Source of the DNA: Candidatus Tectimicrobiota bacterium
GTDB taxonomy: Bacteria > JACPSX01
DNA: 35,267 bases
NCBI GenBank assembly: GCA_016193065.1
Contig: JACPSX010000104.1
Location: 1 to 35,267 of the forward strand
Direction of reading: 5' to 3'
In this document: positions 29,267-35,267 of the stretch, piece after piece
How the letters are laid out: each line of letters opens with the position of its first letter
How positions within the stretch are numbered: the stretch's first letter is position 1
Program-made: the position numbers and the translations under genes
The notes under the pieces: model-generated
The model's database searches: none
What the model was told of the DNA's origin: nothing
What the model saw: the letters and a program-made list of their open reading frames with translations, nothing else

Positions 29267-30361
29267 ATGGGCGACAAGACTGGGGACCCGATCCTCCTGG
29301 CAGCTACCGTCCTGCTCCTGTTTTTTGGGTTGGTCATGGGCACCAGCGCCAGCGCTGCCATCGCCCTGGAGCAATTTCAGGATCCCTATTACTACCTCAA
29401 ACGGCAGCTCCTGTTTGCCGTCGTCGGGGCCCTGTTTCTGGCCGCGGCTCTGAAAACCGATCCGCAGCAATGGCGCAAATGGGTTTATCCTCTTCTGGTC
29501 CTCACGTTTCTTTTGCTGGTGTTGGTCCTGGTGCCCTGGATCGGTCGCGAGGTGGGAGGGGCACGGCGCTGGCTGCGCTTGGGTCCCGTTTCGTTTCAAC
29601 CCGCGGAACTGGCCAAGTTCACGGCGATTCTCTATACGGCTCACTCTTTAGACAAACGGGGAGAGAGGATCGAGGATTTCACCTTTGGATATATGCCCAA
29701 TCTGGTGGTCTTGAGCCTCTTCTTTGTTCTCCTGCTTCTGGAACCGGATCTGGGGACTGCCGTCGTGCTGGCCATCGTCGTCCTGAGCCTTCTGCTGGTG
29801 GGTGGAGCGCGGCTTTCCCATCTGGCCGCCACGGGCCTCATGTCTTTGCCCTTCCTCTACGCGGCGATCGAAGGGACCGCCTATCGGCGGCGCCGCATCC
29901 TGGCTTTTCTGGATCCTTGGGGAGACCCGTTGGACAGCGGCTTTCAGCTTGTCCAGTCTTTCCTCGCCTTCGGCAAAGGCGGCTTCTGGGGCTTGGGTCT
30001 GGGAGAAGGGCGCCAGAAACTCTTCTACCTCCCCGAACCCCACACGGACTTCATCTTTTCCGTCATCGGGGAAGAGCTTGGGTTTATCGGGGCTACGGCC
30101 GTCGTGGTTCTGTTTGCCGTGCTGGTGTGGCGGGGGTTCCGGATCTCCCAGCGCTGCCGGGAACCCTTCCGCCGCTATCTGGCTTTTGGGATGACCCTGG
30201 GTATCGCCGCGCAGGCCCTGATCAATATGGGGGTGGTGCTGGGAGTGTTGCCCACCAAGGGGCTTACCCTCCCCTTTGTCAGCATGGGGGGAAGTTCTCT
30301 GGTGATCAACCTGATGATGGTCGGCGTTCTCTTAAATCTCTCTAGGACCCAATCGGGGTGA
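29267..30361 (+). CDS. ftsW: Peptidoglycan glycosyltransferase FtsW (SEDS family)
   Basis: GARRW, FQPAELAK, EPDLGT, LPEPHTDFIF...GEELG, PTKGLTLPFVS.GGSS. Confidence 0.97.
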   Translation: MGDKTGDPILLAATVLLLFFGLVMGTSASAAIALEQFQDPYYYLKRQLLFAVVGALFLAAALKTDPQQWRKWVYPLLVLTFLLLVLVLVPWIGREVGGARRWLRLGPVSFQPAELAKFTAILYTAHSLDKRGERIEDFTFGYMPNLVVLSLFFVLLLLEPDLGTAVVLAIVVLSLLLVGGARLSHLAATGLMSLPFLYAAIEGTAYRRRRILAFLDPWGDPLDSGFQLVQSFLAFGKGGFWGLGLGEGRQKLFYLPEPHTDFIFSVIGEELGFIGATAVVVLFAVLVWRGFRISQRCREPFRRYLAFGMTLGIAAQALINMGVVLGVLPTKGLTLPFVSMGGSSLVINLMMVGVLLNLSRTQSG

Positions 30362-30379
30362 GAGTGGCAGGAGAAGGGA

Positions 30380-31462
30380 GTGAAAGTGGTCATGGCGGGT
30401 GGCGGCACGGGCGGCCATCTCTTCCCGGCCATTGCGGTGGCCGAACAATTAAAGGCCATGGATCCCTACGCTGAAGTGACCTTTGTGGGAACGAGCCGCG
30501 GCCTGGAAGCCCGCTTGATTCCCGCCTTGGGATGGAAGCTGATCCTCATCTCCGCCGCAGGCGTTACCGGGGTCGGCTGGGTCCGAGCCTTGAGAGGTGC
30601 GCTGGAATTGAGCAAAGGGGTCCTCCAATCGCTGAGGTTGCTCCGCCGGGAGCGCCCGCAGGTCGTGGTCGGCAGCGGCGGCTACGTGTCGGTCCCCTGC
30701 GTGCTGGCTGCCGCCATCCTGAGGGTTCCCATCCTGCTCCTGGAGCAGAACCTGCTCCCCGGACTCGGAAACCGCCTGCTCTCCCGTCTGGCCCGCAAGG
30801 TGGCCATCTCATTCGCCGAGTCGGATGCCTACCTCGCCCGCCACAAAGCGGTCCTGACCGGGAATCCGATCCGCCGCTCCCTGATCGCCCTGGAGGAAAA
30901 GAAGAGCTTTCGTGCTCCCTTCGTGTTGTTCATCTTTGGCGGCAGCCAGGGCGCCCACCGGATCAACCAGGCCGTCGTGGAGGCTCTTCCGGCCCTGGAA
31001 AAAATGAAAGGTGAGCTCCGCCTGATCCATCAGACGGGGGAGAACGACTACCCATGGGTTTCCGAAGCTTACGCGAAAGCGGGTTGGTCCGCCGACGTGC
31101 GCCCCTTCTTTGCAGACATGGCAACCCCCCTGGGGAAAGCGGATCTGGTGATCTGCCGGGCCGGAGCCACCACGCTGGCGGAGATTACAGCCTGCGGCAA
31201 AGCGGCGATCCTGATCCCCTTTCCTTACGCCGCGCACAATCACCAGGAGATCAACGCCAGGGCGCTGGAGAGAGCCGGCGGCGCCCGGGTCCTGGTGGAC
31301 CGGGATCTGAGGGGGGAAAGCTTGGCGCAAGCCGTCGCGGAATTTCTGGAAAACCCCGACCGCCTGGCGGCTGCCTCCGAGAGGAACCGGTCTCAGGGCA
31401 GGCCGCAGGCTGCCCTCGCCGTGGCCAGGCTCTGCCTAAATCTGGCGGGGGGTGTTCCGTGA
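30380..31462 (+). CDS. murG: Lipid II GlcNAc transferase
   Basis: [42 protein letters not shown]. Confidence 0.97.
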   Translation: MKVVMAGGGTGGHLFPAIAVAEQLKAMDPYAEVTFVGTSRGLEARLIPALGWKLILISAAGVTGVGWVRALRGALELSKGVLQSLRLLRRERPQVVVGSGGYVSVPCVLAAAILRVPILLLEQNLLPGLGNRLLSRLARKVAISFAESDAYLARHKAVLTGNPIRRSLIALEEKKSFRAPFVLFIFGGSQGAHRINQAVVEALPALEKMKGELRLIHQTGENDYPWVSEAYAKAGWSADVRPFFADMATPLGKADLVICRAGATTLAEITACGKAAILIPFPYAAHNHQEINARALERAGGARVLVDRDLRGESLAQAVAEFLENPDRLAAASERNRSQGRPQAALAVARLCLNLAGGVP

Positions 31463-32859
31463 GCCGGCCGTTTCCCCGCACCCGGCGGATTCACATGGTA
31501 GGGATTGGAGGCATGGGCATGTGCGGCATTGCTGAGGTGCTGCTCAACCTCGGCTACGAGGTCAGCGGTTCGGATCTTTCCGGTTCTGAGACGACCCGCA
31601 GGCTGAAAAGGCTCGGGGCCCGGATTTCTTCCGGGCACCATCCCAGGAACGTGGACGGGGCCGACGTGGTGGTTTATTCCTCGGCCGTCCACCCGGACAA
31701 CGTGGAGGTGGCCGCTGCCCGGGAACGGCAGATCCCCGTCATCCGCCGGGCGGAGATGCTGGCGGAGCTCATGCGGATGAAGTATGGAATTGCCGTAGGC
31801 GGCACCCACGGGAAAACCACCACGACTTCGCTCATTGCCGCCGTGCTGGCCGCCGGCAGCCTGGATCCCACCGTGGTGATCGGAGGGAAGGTGAACAGCC
31901 TGGGCAGCAATGCCAAAGTCGGCAAAGGGGATTTTCTGGTGGCCGAGGCCGATGAAAGCGATGGGTCCTTCCTGAACCTGTCCCCGACGATTGCTGTGGT
32001 GACCACGCTGGATCCCGAACACCTGGACTATTACCGGGACATGGAGCACTTGCAGGAGACGTTTCTCACCTTCATCAACAGGGTCCCCTTCTACGGGCTG
32101 GCCGTCCTGTGCCTCGATCAAGAGCACATCCGGTCTCTCCTCCCCCGGGTTGAGAAGCGCCACCTCACCTATGGCTTCACGGACAAAGCGGACATCTGGG
32201 CTACGAAGATCGAGCACCAGGGACTTGGCTCCACCTTCCAGGTGCAGTTTCGCGGGGAGAACCTCGGAGAAGTTTCGTTGCAGATTCCTGGAGACCACAA
32301 CGTCTATAACTCCCTCGCCGCGGTGGCCGTGGGGCTGGAGTTGAACGTCCCGTTCAAGGTCATCGCCCGAGCCCTGGGGGAGTTCGGCGGCATCGCCCGC
32401 CGTTTTCAGATCAAGGGGGAAGCTGGCGGCATCGTGGTCGTGGACGACTATGGCCACCATCCCACCGAGATCCGGGCCACGTTGCGGGCGGCCCGGCAGG
32501 TGTGGCCCGATCGCCGGCTGGTGGTCCTTTTCCAGCCGCACCGCTACACGCGCACGAAGGCCCTGCTCTCCGAGTTCTTCACGGCCTTTTACGACGCCGA
32601 TGCACTCGCCATCACGGATATTTACCCGGCCGGAGAACCCCCCATTGCGGGAGTTGATTCACTGCTCCTGGTGGAAGGCGTGCGCCGGCACGGCCAGCCC
32701 GAGGTAGCTTATCTCCCACGTCAGGAGATCCAGGATGCACTGCCGGGGTTCGCACGGCCGGGAGATGTCCTGTTCACCCTGGGGGCCGGCGACGTCTGGA
32801 AATGTGGCGAAAATCTTCTCAAGAGCAAAAAGCCTCGCCAGCGGGGGAAGGGGAATTGA
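31459..32859 (+). CDS. murC: UDP-MurNAc--L-alanine ligase
   Basis: GTG31459 overlaps the murG stop. Motifs [45 protein letters not shown]. Confidence 0.97.
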   Translation: MSRPFPRTRRIHMVGIGGMGMCGIAEVLLNLGYEVSGSDLSGSETTRRLKRLGARISSGHHPRNVDGADVVVYSSAVHPDNVEVAAARERQIPVIRRAEMLAELMRMKYGIAVGGTHGKTTTTSLIAAVLAAGSLDPTVVIGGKVNSLGSNAKVGKGDFLVAEADESDGSFLNLSPTIAVVTTLDPEHLDYYRDMEHLQETFLTFINRVPFYGLAVLCLDQEHIRSLLPRVEKRHLTYGFTDKADIWATKIEHQGLGSTFQVQFRGENLGEVSLQIPGDHNVYNSLAAVAVGLELNVPFKVIARALGEFGGIARRFQIKGEAGGIVVVDDYGHHPTEIRATLRAARQVWPDRRLVVLFQPHRYTRTKALLSEFFTAFYDADALAITDIYPAGEPPIAGVDSLLLVEGVRRHGQPEVAYLPRQEIQDALPGFARPGDVLFTLGAGDVWKCGENLLKSKKPRQRGKGN

Positions 32860-33821
32860 TCGTGGCCAGAGGAGCGAAGGGTTCCTCTCCAAAGACTCTG
32901 GAAACCCCCGCCCATCTGTTTGGGGGGCTTGATGTGGAGGTGAAGCGGGAAGTGGCTCTGGAGAAGTACACCTCCCTTCGGATTGGAGGTCCGGCGGAGA
33001 TCCTGGTCTTGCCACGCACGGTGGAGGCCCTGAGGGAGTTGCTGGTCCGTGCCCGCCGGGCCGGGCTGCCCGTCTTTCTCCTGGGACAGGGGAGCAACGT
33101 GCTCGCACCCGACGAGGGGATCCGGGGCATTGTGATCTCGCTGCGCCGGGGCTTCGATCAGATCGAGCTTCATCCGGGAGAGAGGCGGAGCACTGGCACC
33201 TGCAGGCCGGGGCCGGCGTCAAGTTGCAGAAACTGGTGCGGTTTTCTGTGGAGCGGGGCCTGGAGGGCCTGGAGTTTGCTGACGGGATCCCGGGCTCGGT
33301 GGGTGGGGCGGTAGCCATGAATGCCGGGACCCGATGGGGGGAGATTGCCGGGGTCATCGATTCCGCGCAAGTCCTGGGAGGGGACGGGGAGGTTCGGATC
33401 TGGAAAAGAGCAGAGATCCCGTTCTCCTACCGGTCGAGCCATCTCCCCTCCGGCAGTGTGGTCCTGGAGGCGGTCTTCGCACTGCGCTCCGGCGATCTCG
33501 CGGAAATCCGGCGCCGGATGGCGGAGTACCAGCAGTACCGGCGCCNNNNNNNNNNNNNNNNNNNNNNNNNNNNNNGGCTCGATCTTTAAGAATCCTGAGG
33601 GCGCCTCCGCCGGGGCTCTCATTGACCAGGCGGGGCTGAAAGGAGTGCGGCGGGGAGGGGCGGAGGTTTCCACCCGCCACGCCAATTTCATCGTGAACCG
33701 GGGAGGGGCCACGGCGGCTGACGTCATGGTCTTGATGACGGAGATCGTGGAGAGGGTCCGCCTTCACAGCGGAATTGTTTTGGAGCCGGAGATCCGCCTT
33801 TTGGCGGAGCAGAGGGTGTAG
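32856..33821 (+). CDS. murB: UDP-N-acetylenolpyruvoylglucosamine reductase, with a frameshift at ~33180 and an N-gap
   Basis: Frame A: TS.RIGGPA, LG.GSNVL..D.G..G. Frame [27 protein letters not shown]. After the gap: GSIFKNP, AG.LI...GLKG, HANFIVN, LEPEI. Confidence 0.9.
33546..33575. other. Assembly gap (30 N) inside murB
   Basis: Run of N characters. Confidence 1.
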
Positions 33822-33823
33822 CC

Positions 33824-34600
33824 ATGAGGGTGTGGCATCAACGTAGCGGCAACCGCGTGCGGATCCTGAGGCGGCGGCGGAGTTGGTTTCGTGTCCTGCT
33901 GGCTCCCGTTGCGGCTCTGGCCGTGATTACTCTAGGGATTCTCGGGGTGCGCCAGGTGCAGAGGTTCCTGTTTACTGCGCAGATGTTTACGGTACGCCAG
34001 GTGCTGGTCAGCGGCAACCGGCAGGTGCCCGGAGCGGAAATTGTGCGGATGATGAACCTGTCAGCGGGGATCAACCTGTTCAGCGTCGATCTTCACAAGG
34101 CCGGGGAAAGAATCCGCCGGATCCGCTGGATCCGTGAGGTGGCCCTGCACCGCCAGCTTCCGGACACCCTGCGTGTGAACGTGCAGGAACGGAGCCCGTT
34201 TGCCCTGGTGGAAGCCCAGTCGCGGTTTCTCGTGGACCGGGAAGGAATCGTTCTCGAGGAGGGGGTTCTCAGAGAGTTGTACCGGCTCCCCGTGCTGGCG
34301 GGAGTCGGTGGGCTCCGCAAGACCCCGGAGGGAAAGCTGGAGGGAGAAAGGCTCCTTCTGGGGATGAGCATCCTGGGGGAAATCCACAGGGCAAAGCTTG
34401 TGGAAGAGCCCTTTGTCGTGACCCTGGCGCCACGGGGCCGGGTCCTGCTGAAAGTCGAGGGGAAACCTGAGATCAGGCTCCAGCCACCGGCGATCATGGA
34501 ACAGTTGAACCGGTTGCAGTCTCTGCCTGGCATCTGGCGTGAGGAACCGGGCCGGGAGTACATCGACCTGACATTTGCCAACATGGTGGTGATCAAATGA
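33824..34600 (+). CDS. ftsQ: Cell division protein FtsQ/DivIB
   Basis: Basic N-tail, one TM helix, POTRA domain (V.GN...NLF...WI....R.LP..L.V.V.ER.P), C-terminal YIDL; located before ftsA. Confidence 0.88.
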   Translation: MRVWHQRSGNRVRILRRRRSWFRVLLAPVAALAVITLGILGVRQVQRFLFTAQMFTVRQVLVSGNRQVPGAEIVRMMNLSAGINLFSVDLHKAGERIRRIRWIREVALHRQLPDTLRVNVQERSPFALVEAQSRFLVDREGIVLEEGVLRELYRLPVLAGVGGLRKTPEGKLEGERLLLGMSILGEIHRAKLVEEPFVVTLAPRGRVLLKVEGKPEIRLQPPAIMEQLNRLQSLPGIWREEPGREYIDLTFANMVVIK

Positions 34601-34623
34601 AGATGAGAAGGGAGGTGAAACGG

Positions 34624-35267
34624 ATGGGTCGGAAAAGGGAGAATGTGGTTGGACTCGACATTGGCACGACCAAAATCGCCGCCATTGTCGGGGAGTACGG
34701 GGATGACGGCCAAATCAACATCGTGGGGATCGGATCCCACCCCTCGCGAGGGCTCCGCAAAGGGGTCGTGGTCAATATCGAGAGTACGGTGGACTCGGTG
34801 CGCCGGGCCGTGGAGGAGGCGGAGCTCATGGCCGGGATCAAGATTCACTCGGCCTACGTGGGGATTGCCGGCGGGCACATCCGGGGCTTTAACAGCCACG
34901 GGATCATCGCCATCAAGAACAAGGAGGTGACCCCCGCGGACATCGACCGGGTGGTGGATGCGGCCAAGGCGATCGCCATCCCCCTGGATCGGGAAGTGAT
35001 CCACGTACTCCCGCAGGAATACGTCGTTGATGACCAGGACGGCATCCGGGACCCTCTGGGGATGTCCGGGGTGCGTCTGGAGGGCAAGGTGCACATCGTC
35101 ACGGCCGCGGTTACGTCGGCTCAAAACGTGGTGAAGAGCGTGAACCGGGCAGGCCTGGAGGTTCAGGACATTGCCCTGGAGCAGTTGGCCAGCAGCGAGG
35201 CGGTCCTCACCCCCGATGAGAAGGAGCTGGGGGTCTGCCTGGTGGACATCGGCGGCGGCACCACCGA
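34624..35267 (+). CDS. ftsA: Cell division protein FtsA (3'-truncated by window end)
   Basis: My translation from ATG34624: MGRKRENVVGLDIGTTKIAAIVGE...GLRKGVVVNIE..AELMAG...GIAGGHI...P.GMSGVRLE..VHIVT...LVDIGGGTT. SD GGAGGT upstream. Confidence 0.97.
   Translation, partial: MGRKRENVVGLDIGTTKIAAIVGEYGDDGQINIVGIGSHPSRGLRKGVVVNIESTVDSVRRAVEEAELMAGIKIHSAYVGIAGGHIRGFNSHGIIAIKNKEVTPADIDRVVDAAKAIAIPLDREVIHVLPQEYVVDDQDGIRDPLGMSGVRLEGKVHIVTAAVTSAQNVVKSVNRAGLEVQDIALEQLASSEAVLTPDEKELGVCLVDIGGGTT

Overview
A GC-rich bacterial chromosome segment, probably from a draft or metagenome assembly (two N-gaps and three apparent frameshifts). It is almost entirely core housekeeping, and every credible gene is on the + strand. 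Order: CN-hydrolase (5'-truncated), split lipoprotein, lipoprotein, coaE, rho, rpmE, prfA, prmC, murA, hisG(short)-D-B-H-A-F-IE, rpsU, GatB/YqeY, dnaG, rpoD, tRNA(CAT, probably Ile2), C4 zinc-ribbon protein, rnhA, rnpB (RNase P RNA), then the dcw cluster mraZ, rsmH (broken), ftsL, ftsI, murE, murF, mraY, murD, ftsW, murG, murC, murB (broken), ftsQ, ftsA (3'-truncated). The gene order resembles deltaproteobacterial / Nitrospirota / Nitrospinota-like lineages, but this is inference only. I see no mobile element, CRISPR array or defence island, and I cannot claim a new multi-gene system. The best leads are smaller: a hairpin-packed ~330-nt region before dnaG, a two-state RNA structure between the mraZ stop and the rsmH RBS, an RNase HI reading frame that terminates inside the RNase P RNA, a nitrilase-family enzyme with Ser at the catalytic Cys position next to two unknown lipoproteins, and a degenerate sigma region 1.1.
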